Positions 24,535 through 35,018 of a stretch of 64,000 nt of DNA are shown here, piece by piece. The notes below the pieces were generated by a model that saw only the letters and a program-made list of their open reading frames with translations, did not search any database and was not told where the DNA came from. A program made the translations under genes and the position numbers. Source of the stretch: an uncultured Bacillota bacterium. GTDB taxonomy: Bacteria > Bacillota > DTU025 > MWDF01. Where the stretch lies: contig CAWGMK010000006.1 in assembly GCA_963823655.1 (NCBI GenBank), forward strand, positions 256,001 through 320,000, in the 5' to 3' direction. Within the stretch, counting starts at the first letter, position 1. Each line of letters starts with the position of its first letter.

Positions 24535-25503
24535 ATGTTGGATACGATTAAGCCCAAAATCGAATGGGTGGAAGAGAAAGAGGAATATGGCAAGCTGGTG
24601 GCCGAGCCGCTTGAACGCGGCTATGGCGTAACTCTTGGCAATTCCCTGAGAAGGATACTCCTGTCCTCGCTGCCTGGTGCCGCGATAACCTCAGTAAGGA
24701 TAGAAGGGGTGCTTCATGAGTTCTCGACCATGCCTTATGTCAGGGAGGATGTCACCGACATCGTCCTGAACCTTAAGGACCTTTTAATAAGGATGAATGT
24801 CGAAGGGCCCAAGACGCTTAGGCTCATCGTCGAGAACAGGGGCGATTCGGAAATCGAAGTAACGGCTGGCCATATAGAGGGCACCGTTGACGTCGACATT
24901 CTGAACCCCGAACTGAAGATATGCACCCTTGAGCCCGCCAAGGACGGCAATATCCCCAGCATAGTCGCCGAGATAACGGTCGACGAAGGCAGGGGATACA
25001 TCCAGGCGGACAAGAATAAGAAGGCTGACCATTCCATAGGAGTGATACCGGTGGACTCCATCTTCACCCCTGTTCAGAAGGTCAACTATGCAGTGGAGAA
25101 CTCCCGCGTAGGGGATATTACGGACTACGATAAGCTCATACTTGAGATCTGGACTCACGGCAAGGCGTCGCCCAAAGAAGCTTTGAACCTTGCCGCAGCC
25201 ATATTAAGAGAGCAGCTCAAGCTCTTCATCGCCAAAGAGGGCGAAGTGGAGGACCCGGCCAGCACATTAGACGGCAAGGACGAGGAGCATCTTAAGGTGC
25301 TCGAGACCCCCATCGATGAGCTGGAGCTTTCCGTCAGGGCATATAACTGCCTCAAGAGGGCCAATATCTCCAGCCTCGGCGAGCTGACGCGCAAGTCCGA
25401 GGAAGACCTCATGAAGGTTAGGAACTGCGGAAGGAAGACCCTGGACGAACTCAAGAAGAAGCTTGATGAGAAGGGTCTTCAGCTGAAGCTGCAAGCAGAG
25501 TAA
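24535..25503 (+). CDS. rpoA: RNA polymerase alpha subunit
   Basis: EPLERGYGVTLGNSLRR and LSVRAYNCLKRA. Confidence 0.99.
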   Translation: MLDTIKPKIEWVEEKEEYGKLVAEPLERGYGVTLGNSLRRILLSSLPGAAITSVRIEGVLHEFSTMPYVREDVTDIVLNLKDLLIRMNVEGPKTLRLIVENRGDSEIEVTAGHIEGTVDVDILNPELKICTLEPAKDGNIPSIVAEITVDEGRGYIQADKNKKADHSIGVIPVDSIFTPVQKVNYAVENSRVGDITDYDKLILEIWTHGKASPKEALNLAAAILREQLKLFIAKEGEVEDPASTLDGKDEEHLKVLETPIDELELSVRAYNCLKRANISSLGELTRKSEEDLMKVRNCGRKTLDELKKKLDEKGLQLKLQAE

Positions 25504-25520
25504 GTAAGGAGGAGACTTAA

Positions 25521-26057
25521 TTGAGGCAAGGCAAACTTGGGCGCGACGTAGGCGCGCGCCGCGCTCTGTTAAGGAGCCTGGTAACGAACCTTTTCCTATA
25601 TAACCGCATAGAGACAACCGAAGCGAAGGCGAAGGCCATGAGGCCGGTTGCAGAGAGGCTCATCACTAAGGCGAAGAAGGGCGATCTGCACAACACGAGA
25701 CTGGCCGCAGCTTATCTGACCAGCCCCGAGGCAGTCAAGAAGCTGTTCGGCGAGATCGGGCCGAAGTTCGCTGAGAGGCACGGCGGATATACAAGGATAA
25801 TGAAGACCGATGTGCGCAGAGGAGACGCCGCCCAGATGGCCATAATCGAGATGCTGGGCTTTGAGCCTCTTGCTGCAGTCAAGGATGAGAAGAAGGCCAA
25901 GAAGGCTGAGGCCCCAAAGAAGGCCGAAGCGAAGAAGACAGCAGTAAAAAGGCAGCCCGCGGCTATGAAGCCCGAAGCGCCGAAGAAGACGGCCATCAAG
26001 AAAGCCGGCACGAAAGTGCCAGCAGCCAAGAAGGCCCCTGTCTCCGGAGAGAAATAG
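25521..26057 (+). CDS. rplQ: 50S ribosomal protein L17 with a Lys/Ala-rich C-terminal tail
   Basis: [21 protein letters not shown]. Confidence 0.98.
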   Translation: MRQGKLGRDVGARRALLRSLVTNLFLYNRIETTEAKAKAMRPVAERLITKAKKGDLHNTRLAAAYLTSPEAVKKLFGEIGPKFAERHGGYTRIMKTDVRRGDAAQMAIIEMLGFEPLAAVKDEKKAKKAEAPKKAEAKKTAVKRQPAAMKPEAPKKTAIKKAGTKVPAAKKAPVSGEK

Positions 26058-26149
26058 GCCTTTGCCGGGATCATGGTCCTTGGCAGCACGGGGGTAAATA
26101 TGAAAGAGGTGGAAGTGCGCTTGGATTCGTTTAAGCGCACTTTTTACAC

Positions 26150-27010
26150 ATGGAGAGCGATTTTGTGGAACCAGTAATTCGTATTGAGGATCTGAAGTTC
26201 ACATATGATGAGGGGAGCCCCGACGAAGTCGAGGCCCTTTCAGGCGTGGACATGGACATATATCCCGGCCAGTTCGTCGCGGTGATAGGCCGCAACGGTT
26301 CGGGCAAATCCACCCTTGCCAAGGCCATGAACGCCGTTATCATCCCCGATGAGGGAAAGGTGACGGTACATGGCATGGACACAAAGGATGAGGCAAAGCT
26401 CTGGGAGATAAGGCGCCTTGTCGGAATGGTCTTCCAGAACCCTGATAACCAGCTTGTGGCGACTACCGTTGAGGAGGATGTTGCTTTCGGCCCTGAGAAC
26501 CTCGGGGTGCCGAGCAATGAGATCATGTCCAGGGTAGATGGGGCCCTCCGCCTTACGGGAATGGAAGGCTACCGCGAATTTCCGCCTCATATGCTCTCCG
26601 GAGGACAGAAGCAGAGAGTGGCCATCGCCGGCGTAATCGCGATGCGCCCCAAGTGCATAGTCCTTGACGAGTCCACAGCGATGCTTGACCCCGTTGGGCG
26701 CAAAGAGGTCCTCGAGGCCGCAGAACGGCTGGCAAAGGAGGGCATAGCAATTGTCCTCATCACACACTTCATGGATGAGGCAATGCTTGCCGACGCCGTC
26801 TATATTATGGACAAGGGCAGGATAGTCGCAAAAGGCACTGCCGCCGAAATCTTCTACGGGGACGCGGACTTGAAGGGATACGGGCTGGATATGCCGCAGG
26901 TAGTTGAGCTTGCGAAAATGCTCAAGGAAGGCGGCCTGGATACCGGAGAACAGGTTGTGGAGCTGGATGAGATGGCGGACAGCATTGCAGGCCTTCTGAA
27001 GGCATCGTAG
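26150..27010 (+). CDS. ecfA1: ECF transporter ATPase A1
   Basis: GRNGSGKST, VFQNPDNQ, LSGGQKQR. Confidence 0.95.
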   Translation: MESDFVEPVIRIEDLKFTYDEGSPDEVEALSGVDMDIYPGQFVAVIGRNGSGKSTLAKAMNAVIIPDEGKVTVHGMDTKDEAKLWEIRRLVGMVFQNPDNQLVATTVEEDVAFGPENLGVPSNEIMSRVDGALRLTGMEGYREFPPHMLSGGQKQRVAIAGVIAMRPKCIVLDESTAMLDPVGRKEVLEAAERLAKEGIAIVLITHFMDEAMLADAVYIMDKGRIVAKGTAAEIFYGDADLKGYGLDMPQVVELAKMLKEGGLDTGEQVVELDEMADSIAGLLKAS

Positions 27011-27034
27011 GGCGATTAAGGCGGTGGCCCCGGT

Positions 27035-27919
27035 ATGATAATCGAAATCAGGGACATCAGCTTTACATACAACGCCGGAAGCCCGCTGGCCCGCAAGGTA
27101 TTGGACGGGGCCTCACTTGCCATAAACAAGGGCGAATTCGTGGGGATAATCGGAAGGACAGGATCCGGGAAATCCACTCTTGTGCAGCACCTGAACGGAC
27201 TTTTGAAACCCGACTCGGGTACTGTAATCGTTGACGGCCAGGATATTTGGGCGAAAGGCACCAAGATAACCGAAGTCAGGAAGAAGGTAGGCCTGGTATT
27301 CCAATACCCGGAGCATCAGCTATTCGATGAGACCGTCATAGGGGATATCTCATTTGGCCCCAGGAACATGGGCTTCTCCGAGGAAGAGGTTCTGCTTAGG
27401 GTCAAAGAGGCGATGGACATCGTCGATCTTGACTTTGAGCTGTACAAGGACCGGTCACCGTTCGAGCTGTCGGGCGGCCAGAAGAGGCGCGCCGCGATTG
27501 CAGGCGTGCTCGCCATGCGGCCTGAGGCGATAATCCTTGACGAACCTGCGGCCGGCATGGACCCGGCGGGCAGGGATGAGATTTTGGGCGAGATCGACAA
27601 GATGCATCAAAGGGGAGGCTTCACCGTCATTCTTGTTTCGCATAGCATGGAGGATGTCGCAAAGCACGCCGACCGGCTCATTGTTATGGATAGGGGCAGG
27701 GTCGTGCTTTCGGGGGATCCAAGGCAGGTGTTCTCTGAGGAAGAGAGCCTGCTGGCAATGGGACTTGGAGTGCCGCAGACGGTGCGCCTGTACAATATGC
27801 TGGCGAAAAGGGGCATAGTTCTGCCCAGTAAATTGCCGCTTACGGTAGAGGAGCTTTCAAGGATGCTGCTCGAATACGGCGAGGGGAAGGTTAGTTCCGG
27901 GGAGGAGGTACGGCCGTGA
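27035..27919 (+). CDS. ecfA2: ECF transporter ATPase A2
   Basis: GRTGSGKST, FQYPEHQLF, SPFELSGGQ. Confidence 0.95.
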   Translation: MIIEIRDISFTYNAGSPLARKVLDGASLAINKGEFVGIIGRTGSGKSTLVQHLNGLLKPDSGTVIVDGQDIWAKGTKITEVRKKVGLVFQYPEHQLFDETVIGDISFGPRNMGFSEEEVLLRVKEAMDIVDLDFELYKDRSPFELSGGQKRRAAIAGVLAMRPEAIILDEPAAGMDPAGRDEILGEIDKMHQRGGFTVILVSHSMEDVAKHADRLIVMDRGRVVLSGDPRQVFSEEESLLAMGLGVPQTVRLYNMLAKRGIVLPSKLPLTVEELSRMLLEYGEGKVSSGEEVRP

Positions 27920-28707
27920 AGATTGCAAGCCTTGCTATAGGCCAGTACATACCCGGCAGATCCCTTCTGCACAGGATGGATCCCAGGAGCAAGATCATCA
28001 TGATGACCGTGATGGTAGCATGCCTGTTCATGATCAAGTCAGCATGGGGCTACGCTGCTATCGCAATGATCCTGATGGCGGGCATCATCAGCTCAAAAGT
28101 AGGGCTAAGGTTCATAATGCGGTCCATGCGCTCGCTGTTGGTAATAATGATATTCACATTCATCCTCCATGTTTTCATGACTGACGGAACGAGCATATTC
28201 AAGCTCGGCCCGCTCAATGCGACTTACGAAGGCGCAAGCCAAGGCGCGTTGATGGTTTCAAGGCTCATCCTTCTCGTAGTTGCGACATCCCTGGTGACTT
28301 TGACCACATCCCCGCTGACTTTAACAGACGGCCTTGAAAAGCTCATGAAGCCGCTGTCCGTTGTGGGTTTTCCGGCTCATGAGCTGGCAATGATGATGAC
28401 AATAGCATTGAGGTTTATTCCGACACTTGTAGAAGAGACCGAGAAGATAATGAAAGCGCAGATGGCAAGGGGTGCTGATTTCAACAGCGGCAACCTCGTG
28501 AAGCGGGCGAAAGCCATGCTTCCTGTGCTTATTCCGCTTTTCGTATCGGCGTTTCGGAGGGCAGATGACCTGGCCCTGGCCATGGAGGCAAGATGCTACA
28601 GAGGCGGCCGCGGCAGGACGAGGCTGAGAAGCCTTGCGTTTAGCGCTTACGACCTGATTACTTTCCCGATCATCACTGCATCAGCGCTTCTGGCTGCATT
28701 CCTATGA
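27916..28707 (+). CDS. ecfT: ECF transporter transmembrane T component
   Basis: ALRFIPTL, AQMARG, AMEARCY. Confidence 0.95.
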   Translation: MKIASLAIGQYIPGRSLLHRMDPRSKIIMMTVMVACLFMIKSAWGYAAIAMILMAGIISSKVGLRFIMRSMRSLLVIMIFTFILHVFMTDGTSIFKLGPLNATYEGASQGALMVSRLILLVVATSLVTLTTSPLTLTDGLEKLMKPLSVVGFPAHELAMMMTIALRFIPTLVEETEKIMKAQMARGADFNSGNLVKRAKAMLPVLIPLFVSAFRRADDLALAMEARCYRGGRGRTRLRSLAFSAYDLITFPIITASALLAAFL

Positions 28708-29479
28708 TGACCTTTGCCGTTAAAGTTCAATATGACGGATCCCGCTACTCCGGCTTTCAACGCCAGATCAAGGGCGCTACCATCCAGGGGGAGCTTGAGA
28801 GGGCGATATCCGAGCTGACAGGCGTTCATTCGGCAGTGACCGGCTCAGGAAGGACAGATGCCGGAGTACATGCGATAGGGCAGGTCATAAGCTTCAAATC
28901 CGAATCGAGCATCCCCGCCGACAGGTGGGCGCTTGCTATGAATACAAAGCTGCCGCAGGACATAAAAGCGATATCGTCATGCCTTGTAGACGACAATTTC
29001 AATGCGAGATTCGACGCGACATCCAAGACATATAGATACCTTATACTGCCATCAAGCTCAAGCAATCCCCTTATGGGGAAATACGCTTGGGTAATCGGAG
29101 GATAACCCTGACATAGAGGCGATGAGGGAAGCTGCCAAGGAACTAGCCGGTGAACATGACTTCAGCGCTTTTAGATCCGCCGGTTCGGTGAGACAGTGAC
29201 CCGGTAAGGAACATTTCGGGGTTTTCTATAGAGGAAGGCTTCATCGAGCATCTGGGGGAACGGTCGATAATCGCTACGGTAAGCGCCAACGGGTTTCTGT
29301 ACAAGATGGTAAGGAATATGGTAGGCGCGCTAATGGAGATAGGATTGGGGAGGGCCCCTCTGCAAGGTTACATGAAACCTTCAGGGGAAAGGACAGGACA
29401 GCTTGCCCCGCCTCCGGCGCCGGGTTCCGGCCTGTATCTCATGAAAGTGGAGTACGCCTGCAAGCTGTTTGAGCAATAA
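28704..29479 (+). CDS. truA: tRNA pseudouridine 38-40 synthase, with frameshifts near 29100 and 29195 (likely errors)
   Basis: GRTDAGVHA; downstream frames give HDFSAF, ANGFLYKMVRNMVG and PGSGLYL. Confidence 0.92.
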
Positions 29480-29540
29480 TCGCTAAAAGCCGGCAAGACA
29501 TGCTCTTGGATATCAGACTTATGGTGCGCAACATAAAAGG

Positions 29541-29576
29541 AAATGGCCCGGTTTTCGATGAACCGGGCCATTTCTC
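29541..29576. terminator. Bidirectional hairpin between truA and the peptidase array
   Basis: AAATGGCCCGGTT...AACCGGGCCATTT inverted repeat. Confidence 0.75.
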
Positions 29577-29587
29577 ATTGGTTCGCC

Positions 29588-31286
29588 TTACTTCGTCGGG
29601 GCTACATACTGGCTCCAGCCGCGGATGTCGCTCGTCCCGAAGTTATACTTGAATAACTTGTCGATCCATTCCGCAGGATAGCCCTTGCCGTTGACCTTTC
29701 CGTTCTCGGTAACGAAGCCCATATCATACTTCCATACTAGGTAGTCGAGCAGTCTGCCAGACTGCGTCGCGGAAAGTATCCACGGTGTCGCTGCAGAATT
29801 CGGTCAGAATAGCTACGGCAGCTGCCTTATCCTTGTTGTAAAGCTCGACTACTGCCTTCTCGAAGGCCGCCTGGTTCCTTACCAGTTCGCCTTCGTACTT
29901 GTCGCGGATCTTGCTGACGTCGGCATACATATAGGACCACTTGAGGTTCATATATGTGGAGAGTGAACCGACTGCCCAGCTGTAGGAATCCCTGGTGAAG
30001 TCGAAACGGTCGCCGCACTTCTCTATTGTATATCGAGGGGTTAAGCTCCGTTACGCCTACATACAGAGGCAGGAACCAGCCTGCATCTGCGCTGAGGGGA
30101 GTCATCCAGACGACGCCGCCGATCTCATTGGGAAGGTTGGCCCTTGTCTGCACTATGGTTACATACTCAGCACGATGTACGTTGATCGTTCTCTGCGGGG
30201 TGTACGTAATTCCATCGGCCTTGAATGTCCCCCAGAAGCGGCGGGGGTTGTTCCAGGGTCCGGCACCCAGCCCCTGGGTCATATCGAATTCCGTGCCTTC
30301 ATAATGGTCGCGCTGGATTTCCATGACCTTGGCCAACGTGACCTTCTCCTTAACCGGCGCCTGGAAGGGCAGGTTGGTGGGATCCAGCGTTGCCACCAGG
30401 TCAGGGTTGAGCAGCGTCATTATGCGCCATATGCGGCGGGCTGAGTAGTCGACCCTGAAGTTGTTCATGAAGTGCTTTCTCCAGCTGAAGGGCTCTCCGC
30501 TGTCGGCCTTGTACCAGCCCTGGAGGACTGCGTAATCCTTGATGCCGGGGGCGAACATGAACTCGTCAGCAGTTATTGAAATCTACTACGTCTGATTACC
30601 GGAGTGGTTGGTTGAGGCAGCCACATAGCCGTCTTTTACCCTCTGGGCGATCCAGAAGGCTCCGGGCTCGGCGTCTCCTACCTGCCAGAGAGGGCCTGGG
30701 CCGATTATCTCGAATACCCAGGCTTCCTTGCCGTCAACTACCGAAAGCTCCTCGCCGCCGTCGCTGTAGCCGTACTTCTCCGCCATTGAGCCCATGACCT
30801 TGATGGCCTCGCGGGCGGTTTTGCCGCGCTCCATAGCGAACATGGACAGGTTGGTGATGTCAAAATAGCCGTTCTGGTTGGCAAGCTCGCGGCGGCCGCC
30901 GATAGTGGTCTCTCCGATGCCGACCTGCCACTCATTGAGGTAGCCGAAGATCGCCGTCTTGATATAGGAATATGTCTGCTCGGCCTGGGGTATCAAGTTG
31001 CCGGTAGGCTTCAATGCGACTTCATGCGACTGGTGTCCGTTAGTGCCCTGCGGAATATAAAGCACGTCCATCATGGTACCGGGGGCGTATTTCGCAGCCG
31101 GGACCTTGTAGAACTCCCACGGGAGAAGCGCCCGAGTCGGCAGTGTGGGTAGCAATCGCAGAACCATCCGCGGTCGAACCCGGGGGCAGGGCTATTGAAG
31201 TGCATGCCATAGCACCGACGGCCGTCATAGTCATTACGAATACGACGGTTAGCGCTACAAGCATCGCTCTTGTATCTACTATTCAT
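29588..31286 (-). pseudogene. Secreted C69/secernin-like Ntn dipeptidase, copy B2; several frameshifts (real or assembly errors)
   Basis: ORF fragments 31040-31264, 30586-31167, 29827-30558 and 29724-29951 are collinear with the intact paralog 33274-34965 and share its YVAPTK end. Confidence 0.8.
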
Positions 31287-31332
31287 TGCAAATGCCTCCT
31301 TGTGCTTACTTTTGAGCTTAAACCGTCGTCTA

Positions 31333-33000
31333 TCAATAGAACTCGCCGGGGCTGCCGGGCTTGTCCGCGGGTCCGACTATGCGCACATACGCCTCGGGCA
31401 TCGCGGGCCTTACCCTCTTCATGGTGTCGGCTTCATATATCTGCATCATGTCGTATTTCCTGAGAAGCTCGTCGAAGAGGGCCCACCAGGCGTCACGCGC
31501 TTCTACTACGTTATCGCTGCAGTACTCGGTGAGGAATGCCCTTGCGGCTTTGGGATCCTTCTTGAAGAGCTCTACTGCCATTGCGTCTATTGCGCTCTGT
31601 TCGGCCATCCACTTGCCGGTAGTCTTGGCAATCTGCTTCTTCACGTCTACTGAAATATAGGACCACCAGTAGTCCGCGAAGGTGCTGACTGCGGATACCG
31701 CCCAGCGGAATGACTCGCGCGTGAATACCTGATGCGAACCCGCCTGTTCATAAAGCAGGGGAGAAGCCGTATCTACGCCCGCATATAGCGGTACATAGCA
31801 GGTAAGGTCGGGGTTTGTAGGTCCGTACCATACGACTCCGCCGACTTCGTCAGGAAGCCATCTGCGGCTTTGGGTTATGGTTACGTATTCGCACTGGACC
31901 TGCGAGATGCCGCGCTGCCAGCCGTAGCTCTTGTCGAGGTACTTGAATCCGTTGGGGCGATAGCGCCTGGGGTCGCTCCAAGGCCCTGCGGTCAGGCCCT
32001 TGGTGGTGTCGAACTCTGTGCCCTCATAGTGGTCTGCCTTTATGTTCATGATGTCCTGGAGGGTCAGCTTGTTCTTTACCGGTACGCTGAAAGGAAGGTC
32101 CGCCTCGTTGATCTTGCCGACGAGATCGGGGTTGCACAGCGTCATTACGCGCCATATCCTGCGCTCGCAGGTCTCGACGGACGCGGTGGCGGTGAAGTGC
32201 TTCTTCCAGCTGAAAGGCACCTTAGGATCCTCTACGTACCAGCCCTTTTCGATTGCGTACTCCTTGATGCCGGGTGCGAAGAGGAAGTTCTCGGGATCGT
32301 TGAAATTGATTACGCCGATTACGGGGATGTTCGCCGATGCGGCGACATGTCCGTCCGGCACTCTCTGGGCTACCCAGAATGCGCCCGGCGCGTCGTCACC
32401 GACCTGCCACAGTGGGCCGGGGCCGATGATTTCGAATATCCAGGCTTCGTAGGGGTCGGAAACGGAAAGCTCTTCGCCGCCGTCGCTGTAGCCGTACTTC
32501 TCAGCCATCTCTCCCATGACCAGTATGGCTTCGCGCGCAGTTGCGCCGCGCTCCATCGCCAGCTTGGACAGATTGGTAATATCGAAGTAGCCATTGCTGT
32601 TGGCAAGCTCGCGGCGGCCGCCTATAGTGGTCTCGCCCATGCCGACCTGCTTCTCGTTCATGTAGCCGAAGATCGAAGAAGTAAGATAGCCGAAGGTGTG
32701 CGGAACCTGCGGTATCTTGTTGCCGGTGGGTTTGCCTGCCACTACATTGAGCTGGTTGCCCGAAGTTGTCTGGGGGATGTAAAGTACATCTACCATAGAA
32801 CCCTGAGGCCAGTTCTTTGCGGGCACTTTGAAGAACTCATAGGGTGAGCTTCCGGAGTCGGCAGTGTGCGTTACTGAAGAGAAACCTTCCACTGTCGAGC
32901 CCGGAGGAAGTACTACCGATGTGCATGCCAGGGTAGCCGCTGAGAACAGCGACACCATAGCTACCAGCACGAAGGCAGCGATTGTCAACCTCTTTGCCAT
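31333..33000 (-). CDS. Secreted C69/secernin-like Ntn dipeptidase, copy A2
   Basis: Signal peptide then CTS; MNEKQVGMGETT, AMERGATAREAI, WVAQRVPDGHV. Confidence 0.88.
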   Translation of the reverse strand: MAKRLTIAAFVLVAMVSLFSAATLACTSVVLPPGSTVEGFSSVTHTADSGSSPYEFFKVPAKNWPQGSMVDVLYIPQTTSGNQLNVVAGKPTGNKIPQVPHTFGYLTSSIFGYMNEKQVGMGETTIGGRRELANSNGYFDITNLSKLAMERGATAREAILVMGEMAEKYGYSDGGEELSVSDPYEAWIFEIIGPGPLWQVGDDAPGAFWVAQRVPDGHVAASANIPVIGVINFNDPENFLFAPGIKEYAIEKGWYVEDPKVPFSWKKHFTATASVETCERRIWRVMTLCNPDLVGKINEADLPFSVPVKNKLTLQDIMNIKADHYEGTEFDTTKGLTAGPWSDPRRYRPNGFKYLDKSYGWQRGISQVQCEYVTITQSRRWLPDEVGGVVWYGPTNPDLTCYVPLYAGVDTASPLLYEQAGSHQVFTRESFRWAVSAVSTFADYWWSYISVDVKKQIAKTTGKWMAEQSAIDAMAVELFKKDPKAARAFLTEYCSDNVVEARDAWWALFDELLRKYDMMQIYEADTMKRVRPAMPEAYVRIVGPADKPGSPGEFY

Positions 33001-33209
33001 GTTTCTACCTCCCAAGTTAGTGATTTCGAGAATACTTCAATACTTTTAGCTTCTACTTCGCTCAGAAACCGTATAAATGCATCGCATATGCATAACAGCC
33101 AAATAATGTAATGCAGTAAAGTGCAACAATGAGCCTAAGCGAATGCTATTTGAATAATTATAGCCGTACTGCTGCATACTATCAATGGTAATTATCAAAT
33201 TATCGGAGA

Positions 33210-33250
33210 AAAACAAAAAGACCCGGCCCTCAACTAAGAGGGCCGGGCTT
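33210..33250 (-). terminator. Intrinsic terminator after peptidase B1
   Basis: CCCGGCCCTC/GAGGGCCGGG stem with a U-tract on the minus strand. Confidence 0.8.
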
Positions 33251-33273
33251 GACCATCACGCTATAGGGAAAGT

Positions 33274-34965
33274 CTACTTGGTCGGGGCCACATACTGGCT
33301 CCAGCCGCGGATGTCGCTCGTACCGAAGTTATACTTGAATAACTTGTCGATCCATTCCGCAGGATAACCCTTGCCGTTAACCTTGCCGTTTTCCGTAACG
33401 AAGCCCATGTCATACTTCCACACGAGGTAGTCGAGCGTCTGCCAGACGGCATCGCGGAAAGTGTCGATGGTGTCGCTGCAGTACTCCGTCAGGTACTTTA
33501 CGGCTGCTGCCTTGTCCTTGTTGTAGAGCTCAAGCACTGACTTCTCGAAGGCAGCCTGATTCCTGATCAGTTCGCCTTCGTACTTGTCGCGGATCTTGCT
33601 TACGTCTGCATACATGTAGGACCACTTGAGGTTCATGTATGTGGACAATGACGAGATCGCCCAACGGTAGGAGTCCTTCCTGAACTCGAAGCGGTCGCCG
33701 CACTTCTCAATCGTTATCGACGGATTGAGCTCAGTGATGCCGCTGTATAGAGGAACGAACCAGCCTGCGTCTCCGCAGACGGGGGTCATCCATACCACGC
33801 CGCCAATTTCGTTGGGAAGGCTTGCTCTTGTCTGGACTATGGTCACATATTCGGCCCTCTGTACGTTGATCGTCCTCTGGGCTGTATATGTGATTCCATC
33901 GGCCTTATAGGCACCAAGGAACCTGCGGGGGTTGTTCCACGGGCCGGCGCCCAGTCCCTGGCTCAGGTCGAACTCTGTGCCTTCGTAATGATCGCCCTGA
34001 AGCTCCCTAACCTTTTGTAGTGTCACCTTATCCTTAACCGGCGCCTGGAAGGGCAGGTTAGCGGGATCAAGGGTGGCTAGCAGGTCGGGATTCAGCACTG
34101 TCATCACGCGCCATATGCGGCGTGCGGAGTAGTCGACCCTGGGGTTGTTCATGAAGTGCTTCCTCCAGCTGAAAGGCTCGCCGCTTTCAGGCTTATACCA
34201 GCCCTGAGCGATTGCGTATTCTTTTATGCCGGGGGCGAACATGAACTGGTCAGGGTTGTTGAAGTCTACTACGTCGATTACAGGATGGTTTGTCGAAATC
34301 GCTACGTTGCCGTCCAGTACCCTCTGGGCTACCCAGAAGGCGCCGGGCTCCTTGTCGCCGACCTGCCATAGTGGGCCAGGACCGATTATTTCGAAGATCC
34401 AGGCTTCCTTGGTGTCGATGACGCCGAATTCCTCACCGCCGTCGCTGTAGCCGTACTTCTGTGCCATAGCGCCCATGACCTGGATGGCCTCGCGAGCGGT
34501 CTTGCCGCGCTCCATTGCCAGCATGGAAAGGTGAGTCATGTCAAAATAGCCGTTCTGGTTGGCGAGTTCGCGGCGGCCTCCGATAGTGGTCTCTCCGATA
34601 CCGACCTGCCACTCGTTGAGGTAGCCGAAAATCGCTGACTTGATATAGGAATAGGTGTGCTCTACCTGCGGTATCAGGTTGCCTGTAGGCTTCAGAGCCA
34701 CCTCATGAAGCTGATAGCCGCTTGAATACTGGGGAAGGGTTATTACATCTACCATAGTGCCCTTGGCATAATTAGCCTCGGGTACTTTCTCGAATTCCCA
34801 CGGGGATGAGCCGGAGTCGCACGTGTGCGTGGTCATCGCAGAACCGTCAGCCGTCGACCCCGGAGGTAGGGCTATGGAAGTGCACGCCAGGGCTCCTATT
34901 GCCGAGACGGCGAGCATCAGTGCAACGATTAACGTTACAAACATTGCTCTGAGGTTCTTCTGCAT
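33274..34965 (-). CDS. Secreted C69/secernin-like Ntn dipeptidase, copy B1
   Basis: GGAGG SD; signal peptide ALA|CTS; LNEWQVGIGETT and TAREAI motifs. Confidence 0.88.
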   Translation of the reverse strand: MQKNLRAMFVTLIVALMLAVSAIGALACTSIALPPGSTADGSAMTTHTCDSGSSPWEFEKVPEANYAKGTMVDVITLPQYSSGYQLHEVALKPTGNLIPQVEHTYSYIKSAIFGYLNEWQVGIGETTIGGRRELANQNGYFDMTHLSMLAMERGKTAREAIQVMGAMAQKYGYSDGGEEFGVIDTKEAWIFEIIGPGPLWQVGDKEPGAFWVAQRVLDGNVAISTNHPVIDVVDFNNPDQFMFAPGIKEYAIAQGWYKPESGEPFSWRKHFMNNPRVDYSARRIWRVMTVLNPDLLATLDPANLPFQAPVKDKVTLQKVRELQGDHYEGTEFDLSQGLGAGPWNNPRRFLGAYKADGITYTAQRTINVQRAEYVTIVQTRASLPNEIGGVVWMTPVCGDAGWFVPLYSGITELNPSITIEKCGDRFEFRKDSYRWAISSLSTYMNLKWSYMYADVSKIRDKYEGELIRNQAAFEKSVLELYNKDKAAAVKYLTEYCSDTIDTFRDAVWQTLDYLVWKYDMGFVTENGKVNGKGYPAEWIDKLFKYNFGTSDIRGWSQYVAPTK

Positions 34966-35018
34966 CAATTCATACCTCCTTGTACTGGTTGAGCAAGCAA
35001 AATGGCTTGTCCCTACCA

